The notes beneath the pieces are model-generated. The model was not told the DNA's origin, ran no database searches, and saw only the letters and a program-made list of their open reading frames with translations. From positions 5,704,001-5,768,000 of the forward strand of contig CM059432.1 in the NCBI GenBank assembly GCA_030390025.1: a DNA stretch of 64,000 nt. Direction: 5' to 3'. Every line of letters begins with the position of its first letter. The first letter of the stretch is position 1. This document shows positions 1 through 13,345 of this stretch, one piece after another. This DNA is from Squalus acanthias (Eukaryota). The translations under genes were made by a program, and so were the position numbers.

Positions 1-177
1 TCAACAAATATTGCTGACTCTTGCTCCCATTAGTCAGCTCCTACTTGCTGTTTAGGTCCCTTGGTCCTGTCGCTAGAATGTGAAATGAAAGGTACTATTT
101 AAAAAAGAATTTTGACTAGTTTTGTGCATGCAGCGTAGAATTTTAAAAAAGTGTGTTGCAGCCTTGTAAATATAACA

Positions 178-423
178 CGATAGCGAAATACTGCGGATGC
201 TGGAAATCTGAAATAAAAACAGAAAACGCTGGACACGCGCAACAGGTCAGGCAGCATTAAGGTTTCGGGTCAATGACCTTGCGTCAGAACTGGTAAAAGT
301 TAGAGAGATCCCTATCGTTTTTCCAGTTCTGACGAAAGGTCATCAACCTGAAACGTTAACTCTGTTTCTCTCTCCACAGATGCTGCCTGACCTGCTGAGC
401 GTTTCCAGCGTTTTCTCTTTTTA
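178..423. mobile_element. Palindromic Penelope-like pLTR mini-element (family 1)
   Basis: Two inverted pLTR arms, flanked by the 14-bp direct repeat TTGTAAATATAACA (164-177 and 424-437). Confidence 0.85.
325..361 (+). ncRNA. Minimal hammerhead ribozyme motif (PLE family 1)
   Basis: AGTT-CTGACGA-A-AGGT catca ACCT-GAAAC-GTT-AACT: helix I AGUU/AACU, core CUGANGA...GAAA, palindromic helix III AACGUU. Confidence 0.78.
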
Positions 424-813
424 TTGTAAATATAACAGATTATTTCCTGGTAATCAGTTGGAAAATATTTAATGGTAATACTGAAGCGCTGAGATCCGCA
501 AGGTGCTGGTTCCTTTCGAAGACCACTTTCTGCATCAAGCATTACTAGTAGCACAGGCATCTGTGCTGTGCCTTTAAAGAGGAAAGAAACTGATCCACAA
601 AGGAAATCGTATTTGTGATTTAAAGTATAACCAGTGCTAGACCGTAAACTAAGTGGTGTAACACTATTGAGTTTATTATGTTCTTAAATAATAATTCTAA
701 AATTTCAGCTTTGCTCTTCTGACTCCTGAAGCCCTGTAATACTGGACTCTGTGATGCTGTCTATCTTCGATTCCTATGTCTCACATCCTTTTGTTGCCCA
801 TCTCTAGTAGACC

Positions 814-1014
814 CAGGCAGCATCTGTGGAGAGAGAAACAGAGTTAACGTTTCAGGTCATTGACCTTTCGTCAGAACTGGAAAAATGATAGGGATATCTC
901 TAACTTTTACCAGTTCTTACGAAAGGTCATCGACCTGAAACCTTAATCCTGCTGAGCGTTTCCAGCATTTTCTGTTTTTATTTCAGATTTCCAGCATACG
1001 CAGTATTTTGCTAT
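814..1014. mobile_element. Second palindromic PLE mini-element, inverted relative to 180-389
   Basis: Reverse complement of 180-389, including the near-identical spacer aaaatgatagggatatctctaactttta. Confidence 0.85.
842..878 (-). ncRNA. Minimal hammerhead ribozyme motif (PLE family 1)
   Basis: Minus strand AGTT-CTGACGA-A-AGGTC aat GACCT-GAAAC-GTT-AACT, core intact. Confidence 0.78.
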
Positions 1015-1022
1015 TATATTTA

Positions 1023-1744
1023 GGCCCTTAATTTGCAGTCAACGGCGATCACCGCTGACCTCGAAGAAAGCCGCCCACAAAGATCTAGCGATCTCCGTGG
1101 TGAAAACTTTAGCTTTCTCAACCTTAATTTGATTGTAGCGCCGCCAAAAGGGGATCTCCAGGGTACATTAGCAGTGATGTCATCAAACTGTCTAAGCAGC
1201 CAATCACATTGAAGAATTCTCATAGATAGCAAACCCAGAAATAAAAAGCATTGATTATCACTCACCTTTTTAAACATTTTACAGAGAGCGAAATAAAGAT
1301 TTGGACATACACATGGGGGTTAAGGTAGAAGCTGAAATATCACAAACAAACTTTAAAAAAATTAAAATATTTTTAAAAATCTAGTCATTTTTATCATAAT
1401 GGAGAAATTTGACATTCCAAAAATACAAAATTAGTTTTTCAGGGCCCGAACGGTGGTTCAGCAGTCAATAGGCCGTTAAAACCCCAGTGACACCTATTTA
1501 TTAAGGCTTAACTGTTTGTGGGGTATTTAACAGTGTAATTAGAGTGGGAAAGGGGAAGTTTTTGTCAGTTCAAGTGGTTTCACTGATTGCCGGCTACGGG
1601 GAGTTCCACATGCAGCCTGTGACGGCGCAGGGAATGACTGACTGGAACTTCAGGATTTCCGCATTTATCTGCGCATGCACTAAATCCTGAAGTGACGGCG
1701 AACGCTGACAGTTTCACCATCATTACCATCGCAAACTCCGGGCC
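1023..1744. mobile_element. Non-autonomous DNA transposon (PIF/Harbinger-like TIRs)
   Basis: Imperfect TIR GGCCCTTAATTTGC / GCAAACTCCGGGCC, resembling the TIR of 56930-57681. No clean TSD. Confidence 0.5.
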
Positions 1745-2285
1745 AATAATTCCACAGTGAGTTAACTGCTTGAGCAATGTATTTTAATCCGAGAATACTG
1801 TCATTTTGCCCATGTTCCACTCATTTGAGTATTGGTATAAATAGTGTGGCCGCTGTGCTCCTGCTCTCTGGAATTCTTGCCCATGTTCCCTCTACCTTGT
1901 TATGACCTTTGCTCTTTTCGAAACCCTCCTCTTCGAAAGTACCTTTTTGGTTCCCCATTCCCAACCTTTCCATTTCTCTCGCCTTTTCGAAGCTCGTGTC
2001 AACTTCCGTGTTGTAAAGCGCTCTGATGTCTTCCACGTGTGAGGCGTGCTATATAAATGGAAATTGTGTGGTTGAAGTATGTTGGTCTGTGGCTGGAAAG
2101 AGGGGTGGAGGTGGCTGAACACCATCTAATTTGTTACTACAAGTGTTGCCAAATTACATCCATTCTGGGGGCAATGTCTAACTTCTCCCTGTGGAATTCC
2201 ATTTAAGGGGGAATTCCGATGGGGTTTACGATATGTGTATTGCTTTTCCTTTTCTGACATGTCCTTGTTTTAAAACTGGCCTTAG

Positions 2286-2400
2286 AATTCTGAAGGGACG
2301 GAAGAGATGGGATTGCACTGCTGGTGGTCAGAGCATTGCAGGAGATCTGAAAACGTGGCCCTTCATAATCGTCAGGGAGACTTCCTTCTATTACTTCCTG
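2286..2400 (+). CDS. POP1: POP1 internal coding exon (first one visible in the window)
   Basis: tag|AAT...CCTG|gtgggt, 115 bp. Translates NSEGTEEMGLHCWWSEHCRRSENVALHNRQGDFLLLLP(G), similar to human POP1 [35 protein letters not shown]. Phase 1 end fits the next exon. Confidence 0.88.
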
Positions 2401-3450
2401 GTGGGTTGTACAGAGCTCGGAAACAAGTGATTGTTTGATTCAGAACCAGTAACAAAAGTGTGCATTGAGCATTGGTAATTGTAGATTTGAGTTGGGTTGT
2501 GTCTTCGAGTGTACATCTTCTTGCTTTCCTGTGTTTATTCATGGTGAATTGACACCAAAATTAGGTACCTGATTCTCAGCTTTGCACATGCATAATATTT
2601 AAGTTGTTAGGCCACAGTTTAATGCAATAAGAAGCATCATCAAATCACTGCATAAAACAAATATATTTACTGGATTACGTAGTGTAGAAGTCGGTGTCTT
2701 AAATTGCATGGGACTAGTGTTGATGAATGCAATGTGACTATGAATAGTTTTAGGATGTGTTTTTATGATGTAAATGTCCAATTCTTCAAATGACCGTTTT
2801 TGAAAAGAAAATTTCCCCCTTGCCAATTTTCTCCATTTCCCCATCTCTCCTGAAGGCATTGACTCCTTTCTGAAGTAGGAGTTCAGGAGCACAGGCCTTG
2901 CTCAAGTGGACATAATTCCTATGTCAGGCTTGATGGCGAGTGTTGGCAGGGTATTCGACTGCAGAGGGCTGTCACCGCCAGGCCCAATCATGCCTTCACC
3001 CCAAACCGCCCCCCCCCCCCCCCACTCTCGACACTCCCAGCATTGGTCACCGGGTCAGCTATTGTAGTACGAACCAATCCAACCCGAGCCATTCCTGGTT
3101 TATATGGATCATCTACTCGTTGGATAAACCCGCTGACCCTTCCAGAAGTGGCATTTTTTGTATCGAGTCCTGTGAGATTTTGCTCGTGAGGAACACCGTA
3201 ATCAATAGGTATCCATGTAGTACTGTTGCTTGAAAGGTTTCATGGGAGACTAGCAATAACAGCCAGGCAGTAAAGAAACGAGGGTTCTGTTATTCAATAA
3301 GTATATATTATGATCTTTTTTAGATGTATTCAGATTTTTAGTATATTGGCTTTTTCATCATCTTAGGTCATTTTCATGCCATTAAATCTTCTGTAAAGTA
3401 CTTCTAGCCTGTAATCAGTGTTTTCACAATTTTGTGCTTTATTTTTTAAG

Positions 3451-3570
3451 GTGTTGCTTCACCAGCAGAAATTTCAGCAGGCACTGTTCTTGGACTTACT
3501 GTGGGGGATCCTCGTCTAAACATGCCTAAAAACAGGACCATGGCTATGCCCGACCCATCACAGCCTAAAG
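3451..3570 (+). CDS. POP1: POP1 coding exon
   Basis: ttttaag|GT...AAAG|gtagca, 120 bp. (G)[39 protein letters not shown] matches human [26 protein letters not shown]. Confidence 0.95.
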
Positions 3571-6500
3571 GTAGCATCCCCCAGTGACACTGTTGAGTAT
3601 AACTTGAGAGATTCTGAATTGTTTTCTGTTTTCTGTTTTCAGTCATTATATGGTTAGAATGTGGAACTTGCTTCCACAAGGAGTAGTTGAGGCGATGCAT
3701 TTAAGGGGAAGCTAGTTAAACACGAGGGAGAAAGGAATAGAAGGTTATGCTGATGGGGTTAGATGAAGAGGGGTGGGAGGAGGCTCTTGTTGGAGCATAA
3801 ACACCGGCACGGACCAGTTGGGCCGAATGGTCTGTTTCTATGCTGTGCATTTTATGTAATTATACATTGGATACATCTTAAAAAAAGGATCTTGCATACT
3901 GAAAACTCTAAATATGATGCAGTGGTGATGAGACTCATTTTCTGTATGCATTTTTTTCCATATATTAGATATAAATTGAAAAGCAAATCTGTTGTATGTA
4001 GTTTATTTATTCACCCTGTTTCAGTGGAATGAGGAATGGTTTTGAGAACATAAGAAATAGGAGCAGGCGTAGGCCGTTCAGCCCTTCGAGCCTGCTCTGT
4101 CATTCAATAAGATCATGGCTGATCTTCTACCTCAACTCGACCTTCCCGCCCGATCCCCATATCCCTTGATTCCCTTAATAACCAAAAATCTATCGACCTC
4201 CCTCTTGAATATACTCCACGACTGAGCATCCGCAGCTCTCTGGGGCAGAGAATTCCAAAGATTCACAACCCTTTGAGTGAAGAAATTTCTCCTCATCTCA
4301 GTCCTAAATGACTGACCCCTGGTTCTAGACTCCCCAGCCAGGGGAAACAGCCTCCCAGCATTAACCCTCTCAAGCCCTGTAAAAAAAAAATGTATACGTT
4401 TCAATGAGATCATCTCTCATTCTGAAATGTCTATCCATCAGTCAATACTGACCTGTGCTTTCAACGCATTTTGAAACTCAAATCTTCCTTTTCCCCACCT
4501 CCTCCCAACCAAATAAAATGTGATGGTCTGGTTTGAAAAGTCAACTGTTCATTAGTACAAAATCATGGCTGCATATAGCGGCACCACTATTCCCGGCCAG
4601 AATGGAGGTGATTGGGTAATTCCCCCCGTCAATCACGCCTGCTGTCAGTGACTGGGATTGATTTTACGCACGTCATTTGATAAGTCATGTTTGAACACCA
4701 TTGCCAAAGATCTGGGTTCAGATTGCCTCCTCCTTTGGGTAGCAAAAAGTGTGTGGATTTGAGACCTAATGAGAGGAGGGAAATAACCCAGGCTACCCTC
4801 GTAACCATGAAATGTGGAGAAACTGCTCAACACATCACGTTAATTTTACAACCCTTTTATCCATTGTCTTTGTATTAAAAGAAACTAGTGATCTTTGGGT
4901 GGGGGGGGGGGGGGGGTAAGCAAGAAAGAGAATTTGAGGCTTTAGATGGGGTGCAGAGGAGGGCCACATGATTAATTTCCAGTTTAAAAAGCCTTAGTTA
5001 CCCAGATAGGTTCAACGAGCTGGGTCTCTATACTTTACAAAAGTGTAGACTTGGGGGTGATTTGATTGAGACTTATAAAATAATGAAGGGACTAGATTGC
5101 ATTCATGTGGACCAATTATTTCAACTGAATAGGTTAGGGAAGTCGAGGGGTCACTCTTCTAAGTTATGCAAATGCAGAACTAGGTTGGATGTTAGGTGGG
5201 TCTTTTCCCAGAGAACAGTCGACCTGCAGTACAGGTGCCGGCTCAGGCGATGAATACAGCGAAGCAGCGTTCCTTCAGGCGAGAGCTGGACCTGTTTCTG
5301 GCCAGGGTGGAGATCACCTTGTACGCGAGGTAGGTATCCTGTAATGTAAATCGGGCCAGTTTGATCGCCTGAGGGTGCCGAAGAGGACTTTTGCGTGTAT
5401 GTGTTGTGATGCATAAGGCATCGCAACTGTGTGGGACAGGCTGAATGGACCAGTAGGTCTTTTCCTGTCTGTCATTTTCATATGTTTGTATGTAAATAGC
5501 ATGCTTTTGGTTTAGAGAACAGTTTAGAATTTTAGATTATTGCTGTGGTATTTGATTTCAATAACAGCAAATATTTAGGCACATTTTGCTGGTCTTGTGC
5601 TCAGTGAGAGCCTCTGTCTTTTCGTGCAGATGTTCCAGGTTTGAATCCTGGCAAGGCCAACTAGGTGCTGAACGGTATTTGCGACAAGAATTTACGTAGA
5701 TCTAAACTGACAGTAAGAATAACCGTATGTCCTGGGAAGATATTACAGTGCTTTACATGGCTCATTGCTTGCAGCATATGTTCTGTTTAACATTTAAGAA
5801 TATGAATCCTTTATCACATTAACCGTGAAACTTTGTGAGCTTTTTTTCCCCTCATCACCGTGGTGTTCCTTTTTTATTAACTCACCGAGGTTTCGCATTT
5901 TTTAGTTCGACCCATCAAATTCTCCCCCAACCCTCCTGTTTCCAAAGATTAAGCTGTTTTCTTAGGGATATTTAAAGTAAATCCCTAAGTGATTTATGGC
6001 TCTGCCCTTGCAACGCTGGATGGTTTCACCAAAACACACATGCAAATTACATAGGATATACGGCACAGAAACAGGCCATTCGGCCCAACCAGTCCATGCC
6101 GGCGTTTATGCTCCACACGAGCCTCCTCCCGTATTTCCTCATCTAACCCTATCAGCATAACCCTCTATTCCCTTTTCCCTCATATGTTTGTCCAGCCTCC
6201 CCTTAAATGCATCTATGCTATTCGCTTCAACCACTCCCTGTGGTAGCGAGTTCCACATTCTCACCACTCTTTGGGGACAGAATTTTCTTCTGAATTCCCT
6301 ATTGTATTTCTTGGTGACTATCTTATATTGATGGCCTCTAGTTATGCTCTTCCCCACAAGTGGAAACATTCTCTCTCTATCCACTTTATCAAAATTTTTC
6401 ATAATTTTAAAGACCTCTATTGGGTCACCCCTCAGACTTTTTTCAAGAGAAAAGAGATCAAGCCTGTTCATCCTTTCCTGATGCGAATACCCTTGCATTT

Positions 6501-7676
6501 CTGGTATCGCCCTCTCCAGTGCTTCTATATCCTTTTTATAATATGGCGACCAGAATTGTACGCAGTACTCTTAAGTGTGGCCTACCCAAGGTTCGATACA
6601 GGTTTAGCATAACTTCCCTACTTTTCAATTCTATCCCTCTAGAAATAAACCCTAGTGCTTGGTTTGCTTTTTTTATGGCCTTGCTAACCTGTGTCGCAAC
6701 TTTGTGATTTGTGTATTTGTACTCCGAGATCCCTTTGTTCCTCTACCCCACCTAGACTCGCACCCTCCAAGTGATGTGACCTCCCTATTCTTCCCACCAA
6801 AATGTAATCCCTCACATTTATCTGTGTTGAACTTCATTTGCCAATTATATGCCCATTCTGCAAGTTTATTAATGTCCTCCTGTAATTTGTTCCAGTCCTC
6901 CTCAGTATTAACTATCCCCCCCCCCATTTGGTGTCATCTGCAAATATAGAAATTGTGTTTTTGATTCCTAAGTCTAAATCGTTAATGTAAATTGTGAACA
7001 GCAGTGGTCGCAGCACTGATCCTTGTGGAACACCACTACCCACCTTCTGCCACTGTGAATAGCTACCCTTTACTCCTACTCTCTGCTTTCTGTCCTGAAG
7101 CCAGCCTGTGACTTGTCCCCTGACTCCACATTCTCTGACCTTGTTCATCAGTCTATTATGGGGTACCTTATCGAAGGCCATTTGAAAATCCAGATAAATT
7201 ACATCTACTGCATTGCCATTGTCTACTCTCTCTTGTTACCTCTTCAAAAAATTCAATGAGGTTGGTCAAGCAAGACTTTCCCTTTTGAAACCCATGTTGA
7301 CTATTCATTATTATATTTTTGGTTTCTAGATGTTCTATTTTCTCCTTTTAGTAGGGATTCCATTATTTTTCCTCCCACCGATGTTAAGCTGACTGGTCTA
7401 TAATTCCCTGGACATGTTCTATCCCCCTTCTTAAATATCGGTATTACATTAGCTGGCACTATACCTTTTTCTAACGAATTGTTAAATATGTAGTAATGCC
7501 TCTGCTATCTCTTCCCTATATTCTTTTAAAATGTGTGGATGCAATCCAGGGGTTTTATCCTCTTTGAGTTTGATTATTTTACCCCTTTTTTTATTTTAAA
7601 TGCGCTTATCTCATTACTAATCTCATCATCCCATGTCATGATTTAATATTTCTGCCATCTCTCTCTCATTACCTGT

Positions 7677-8678
7677 GGGATCAGTGTTGGGGCCTCAGCT
7701 ATTTACAATCTATATTAATGGTCTAGATGAAGGGACCGAGTGTAATGTAGCCAAGTTTGCTGATGATACACAGCTAGGTGGGACAGTAAACTGTGAGGAG
7801 AACACAGTCTGCAAAGGGATATAGATAGACTAAGTGAGTGGGCAGTAAGGTGGCAGATGGAATATAATGTAGGGAAATGTGAGGTTATTCACTTTGGTAG
7901 GAAGAATAGAAAAACAGAATATTTTTTAAATGGTGAGAAACTTTCAAATGTTGATGTTCAGAGAGATTTGGGTGTCCTCGTGCAAGAAACACCGAAAGCT
8001 AGCATGCAGGTACAGCAAGCAGTAAGGAAGGCAAATGGCATGTTGGCCTTTATTGCAAGGGGGTTTAGTATAAGAGTAAGGAAGTCTTGTTACAATTGTA
8101 CAGGGCCTTGGTGAGACCACACCTGGAGTACTGTGCACAGTTTTGGTCTCCTTATCGAAGGAAGGATATACTTGCCTTGGAGGCAGTGCAACGAAGGTTC
8201 ACTAGATTGATTCCTGGGATGAGAGGGCTGTCCTATGATGAGAGATTGTGTAGAATGGGCCTATACTCTGGAGTTTAGAAGAATGAGAGGTGATCTCATT
8301 GAAACATACAACATTCTGAAGGGGATTGACAGGGTTAGATGCTGAGAGGTTGTTTCTCCTGGCTGGAGTGTCTAGAACTAGGGGGCAGTCTCAGGATAAG
8401 GGGTCAGCCATTTAAGACCAAAATGAGGAGGAATTTCTTCACTCAGAGGGTTGTGAATCTTTGGAATTCTCTGCCCCAGAGGGCTGTGAATGTTGAGTCT
8501 TTGAGTATATTCAAGGCTGAGATAGATAGATTTTTGGACTCTGTGGGAATCAAGGTACTGTATATGGAGATCGGACGGGAAAGTGTAGTTGAGGTCGATG
8601 ATCAGCCATGATTTTATTGAATGGCGGAACAGGCTCGAGGGGCCGAATGGCCTACTCCTGCTCCTAATTCTTATGTTA
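7677..8678 (+). mobile_element. CR1 LINE 3' fragment nested in the older CR1
   Basis: [31 protein letters not shown] motifs; tail gggccgaatggcctactcctgctcctaattcttatg. Confidence 0.9.
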
Positions 8679-9322
8679 TTATCCTGACTATCCCTTAATG
8701 GCCCTATTCCCATCCCAACCTTCCTTTTTTTTAATTGATGTGCCTATAAAATATTTGACTATTTTGTTTTATGTTCCTTGATAATTTAATTTCATAGTTC
8801 CTCTTTGCCTCTCTAATTATTTTTTTGACTTCTCTCCTAATCTTTTCGTATTCTCTTTTATCATGCACTCCCGTGCTGTCTGTGTACTTGATGTATGCCT
8901 CTTTCCTTACCCTCAATTGTCCCCTTATGGCTTTATTCATCCATGGAGTCTCATTAGTGTTTAGTTTGTTTCCTTTTAGTGGAATATATTTTTCCTGCAC
9001 TCTGTTGAACACCATTTTAAATGTTTCCCATTGCTGTTCTACATTGTTGTTTGCCAATATTGTTGCCCTTTGTTTTTCCAAGTTCTTTTCTCAGCCCCTC
9101 AAAATCAGCTTTTCTCCAATCTATTAACCTGGTTTTCGTCATACTTCTGTCCTTCTCAACTATCATCTTAAAGCGTATTATATTATGGTCACTACTGCCT
9201 ATATGTTCCCCCACCTTTACTTCTCTTATCTGCTCTGGTTCATTCCCCATTACTAGATCCAATAGCGAATCCTCCCTTGTTGGGCTTTTTATATATTGGG
9301 TTCGAAAGGAGTCCTGTCCACA

Positions 9323-11208
9323 TAGAAGAAGATAGGAGCAGGAGTAGGTCATTCAGCCCCTCGAGCCTGCTCCGCCATTCAATTAAATCATGGCTGATCA
9401 TCCAAATTCAGTACCCTGTCCCTGCCTTCTCCCCATATCCCTTGATCCCTTTAGCTTTAAGAAATATATCTAACTCCTTCTTGAATATATTTAATGAATT
9501 GGCCTCTACTGCCTTCTGTGGTAGAAAATTCCACAGGTTCACCACTCTCTGGGTGAAGAAATTCCTCCTCATCTCAGTCCTAAATGGCTTACCTGTTATC
9601 CTTAAACTGTGACCCCTGGTTCTGGACTCCCCGGCCATCGGGAACATCCTTCCTGCATCTAGTCTGTCTAGTCCTGTTAGAATTTTATAAGTTTCAATGA
9701 GATCCCCTCTCATTCTTCTAAACTCCAGCGAGTATAAGCCCAATCGACCCAATCTCTCCTCATACGTCATTCCTGCCATCCCAGGTATCAGCCTGGTGAA
9801 TCTTTGCTGCACTCCCTCCATGGCGAGAACATCCTTCCTCAGATAAGGCGACCAAAACTGCACACAATACTCAAGGTGCGGTCTCACCAAGGCCCTGTAC
9901 AACTGCAGCAAGACATCCTTGTTCCTGTACTCGAACCCTTTCGCTACGAAGGCCAACATACCATTTGCCGCCTTAACTGCCTGCTGCACCTGCATGCTTA
10001 CCTTCAGCGACTGGTGCACATGGACACCCAGGTCTCGTTGCACTTCCCCTTCTCCCAATCTATTGCTATTCAGATAATAATCTGCCTTCCTGTTTTTGAC
10101 ACCAAAGTGGATAACCTCGCATTTATCCACATTATATTGCATCTGCCATGCTTCTGCCCAATCACCCAACCTGTCCAAATCATACTGGAGTTTCTCGGCT
10201 TCCTCCTCACGGCACACACTCCCACCCAGCTTTGTGTCGTCTGCAAACTTGGAGATATTACATCCAATTCCCTCGTCTAGATCATTAATATATATTGTGA
10301 ATAGCTGGGGTCCTTGGACCGATCCCTGCGGTACCCCACTAGTCACTGCCTGCCACTTGGAAAAAGACCCGTTTATTCCAACTCTTTGCTTTCTGTCTGC
10401 CAACCAATTCTCTATCCAAGTCAATACCTTGCCCCCAATCCCATGTGCCTTAACTTTACACGCTAATCTCTTATGCGGGACCTTATCGAAAGCCTTCTGA
10501 AAGTCCAAATACACCACATCCACTGGTTCTCCCTTATCTATTTTACCAGTTACATCCTCAAAAAATTCCAGTAAATTAGTCAAGCACAATTTACCTTTTG
10601 TAAATCCATGTTGACTTTGTCCGATCCTGTCACTGTTTTCCAAGTGCTCTGCTATTACATCTTTTATAATGGACTCTAGCATTTTCCCCACTACCGATGT
10701 CAGACTTATAATACCCCGTTTTCTCTCTACCACCTTTTTTGAATAGTGGGGTAACATTAGCTACCCTCCAATCCATGGGTACTGTTCCAGAGTCTATAGA
10801 ATTTTGGAAGATGACCAGCAATGCATCTACTATTTCTAGGGCCACTTCCTTAAGTACCCTAGGATGTAGATTATCAGGCCCTGGGGATTTATCGGCCTTC
10901 AATCCCGTCAATTTCCCTAACACCATTTCCCTACAAATACTGATTTCATTCAATTCCTCCCTCTCATTAGACCCTATGTTCCCCGACATCTCTGGGAGGT
11001 TATTTGTGTCCTCCTTTGTGAAGACAGAACCAAAGTATGTATTTAATTGGTCTGCCATTTCTTTGTTCCCCATTATGAATTCCCCTGATTCTGACTGCAA
11101 GGGACCTACGCTTGACTTCACCAATCTTTTTCTCTTCACATATCTATAGAAGCTTTTACAGTCAGTTTTTATGTTCCCTGCAAGCTTACTCTCAATCTAT
11201 TTTCCCCC
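9323..11208 (-). mobile_element. Young 5'-truncated CR1 LINE with an open RT region (ORF 9408-10757)
   Basis: QHGF, YLDFQKAFDKVPH, GVPQGS, FADDTK, RPHLEYC motifs; upstream frame has KSPGPDNLHP. Candidate TSD TCCACA at 9317-9322 and 11209-11214. Confidence 0.92.
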
Positions 11209-12639
11209 TCCACACATTGTAGGAATTCCATTCCCTTATCCCCTTTACCTACCTCTTCTGTCCAATTAATATCGGGGTGGTTGAAATCCCCCATGATTAT
11301 TATTCTATGTTTTTTACTCATTTCCCTAATGTGTCTGCATATTTCTTCCTCCACCTCCCTTCCACTATTAGGTGGTCTGTAGACTACCCCTAATTAGTGT
11401 GATTGATCCTTTATTATCTTTTCTCTCTATCCATATGGATTCTATTTCTGTCTTGTTGATATCTACATCACTTTTTTCTACTGCCATTATGTTATCCCTA
11501 ATAAGTACAACTACTCCACCTCCCCTTTTTCCCTCTCTAGCTTTTCTTAATATGTTGTACCCTGCAATGTTTGATTCCCAGTCCTGATTTTTTCTTTGGA
11601 GCATTCTATTAAAAGCAGCTTTTCTGGCCACCACAAAGACTGAAGATTTTTCCTTCAGTAAATAGTGAAGGTTTTTCTCTTCTCCCCCTCTATCACGCAA
11701 GAAAAAACTGGTTGTGTTCAACTGTATTTATAGAAAGTGCAGTAGAAACATCTGAATGGGAATGTATGTGTGATAAGCAAAGGGCTTAATTGTTGCATGG
11801 GGACTGGGTTGGGCAGTGGGTTAGTTTGAATTTGAGCAGTTTCAACCCAATTTCTAGAATGTACAGGCTTATAAATTTCTGAGGAAATTTAACTGATGTT
11901 TGAGCAAATGTTTCCTTTTGAAGCGGTGATACCCAAGAATGGCCCCCGGCTTCTTTGATCCAGTCCACAAAGCTCCTGCTGGTTCTATTCTTTGCACTTG
12001 CGTGTTTTTTTTCCCCGCTCCCTTTTTAACTGCTGTAGGAGTTTCCACTGCCTCCTGTTAGTGGTCTGCACTTGGGTTTGTTCCCCTCTGAACAACCATT
12101 TTCTCAGTTTTTCAGGAAGAAAATGAATTGCAAGTTTAAGTACAGTTTTTGAAACTTAATACATATTTTTAATATAGTGACTTTTTTTTTATTCATTCAA
12201 GGGATGTGGGTGTCGCTGGCAAGGCCAGCATTTATTGCCCATCCTTAATTGCCCTCGAAGGTGGTGGTGAGCCGCCTTCTTGAACCGCTGCAGTCCGTAT
12301 GGTGAAGGTACTCCCACAGTGCTGTTAGGGAGGGAGTTCCAGGATTTTGACCCAGCGACGGTGAAGGAATGACTATATACTTCCAACATTCTCCCTCTCT
12401 CCTGCTTTAACCACTTTGTTTTGGAGATGCCACACCATTTGGCAGCAATTTGTAAATCAAGTTTATTACTGTGTGATTTTTCCCCTTTCTGCTCTCCCGC
12501 CCCACAGCTTTTCTGCTCATGTCCAGAAAATTACATACTTGTAAATGTGCAACACAGGTGCGAACCGTATTTGCATTCTGTATATATTTATGTGACTGGC
12601 ACATGTGTTTTCTGTAATTATTTTCCCCTTGCATTGTAG

Positions 12640-12755
12640 ATCTGGAAAAAATAAGGGAGTTGTGTCTGAAAGGCGTTGGTGCAGAGTGCGCTCAAAGTCA
12701 GATCTGGGACCGGCATGTCCGCAATACTGTCACAGAAACCAAAATCTCTGAACAG
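12640..12755 (+). CDS. POP1: POP1 coding exon
   Basis: ttgtag|AT...CAG|gtaatt, 116 bp. (D)LEKIRELCLKGVGAECAQSQIWDRHVRNTVTETKISEQ matches human [39 protein letters not shown]. Confidence 0.93.
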
Positions 12756-12909
12756 GTAATTTGACTGCAATGAAAGAGCAAAATAATTGCAGTAGGAAAA
12801 TATTCTTCACGGCTACATTTTTTCGCCAAATCTCTTCCCACTCCCTTGGAAGACTTGAGTGGTGATGCTGTGTGGTTTCATTGCAGCTTTCAGCCCATCT
12901 TCTTCATGT

Positions 12910-13345
12910 ATGGTAGCACTCTTGCCTCTTGAGTCAGAAGGTCATGGGTTCAAGTCCTGCTCCAGACACTTGAGCACAAAATCTAGGCTGACACTCCAGT
13001 GCAGTGCTGAGGGAGCACTGCACTGTCGGAGGTGCCGTCTTTCAGAAGTGGCGTTAAACAGAGGCCCCTTCAGGTGGACGTAACAGATCCCATGGCACTA
13101 TTTCAAAGAAGAGCAGGGGAGTTCTCCCCGGTGTCCTGGGGCCAATATTTATCCCTCAATCAACATAACAAAAAACATTATCTGGTCATTATCACATTGC
13201 TGTTTGTGAGAGCTTGCTGTGCGCAAATTAGCTGCCGCATTTCTACATTAAAACTGTGACTACACTTCAAAAAGTACTTCATTGGCTTTAAGGTGCTTTG
13301 GGACGTCCTGAGGTTTTGAAAGGCGCTGTATAAATGCAGGTTCTT
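12910..13345 (+). mobile_element. tRNA-derived Deu-domain SINE (SacSINE1-like)
   Basis: B-box-like GGTTCAAGTCC, central GGTGCCGTCTTTC...GATCCCATGGCACT...GGTGTCCTGG, L2-like tail gaaaggcgctgtataaatgca. Confidence 0.8.

Larger units (their letters stand above)
6040..11590 (-). mobile_element. Older CR1 LINE (endonuclease to RT to 3' tail) interrupted by two younger CR1 insertions
   Basis: Colinear ORF2 pieces on the minus strand: GYNILRK...GGGV, MGDFNHPDINW, PTREDSLLDLV, TPWMN, AFDKVPH, GVPQGSVL, FADDTK, then a CR1 3' tail near 6050. Confidence 0.85.

Noticed and set aside
255..292. Additional hammerhead-like motifs (255-292 -, 910-945 +, ~16950-16985 +, ~59370-59408 -, 46200-46260)
   Set aside because: Core bases are mutated or lost (CUGACGC, CUUACGA, CUGAUGC, missing GAAA, GUGAUGA), so they are treated as decayed copies. 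The copy at ~23198-23234(-) keeps the core but has only a U-G pair in helix III and was not called separately.
1..2285. Further upstream POP1 exon
   Set aside because: No segment translating to the expected preceding peptide (RFRLIGPLSH-like) was found; it probably lies outside the window.
9408..10757. 449-aa ORF as a host gene
   Set aside because: It is CR1 reverse transcriptase, 5'-truncated and frameshifted from the upstream frame, inside a POP1 intron.
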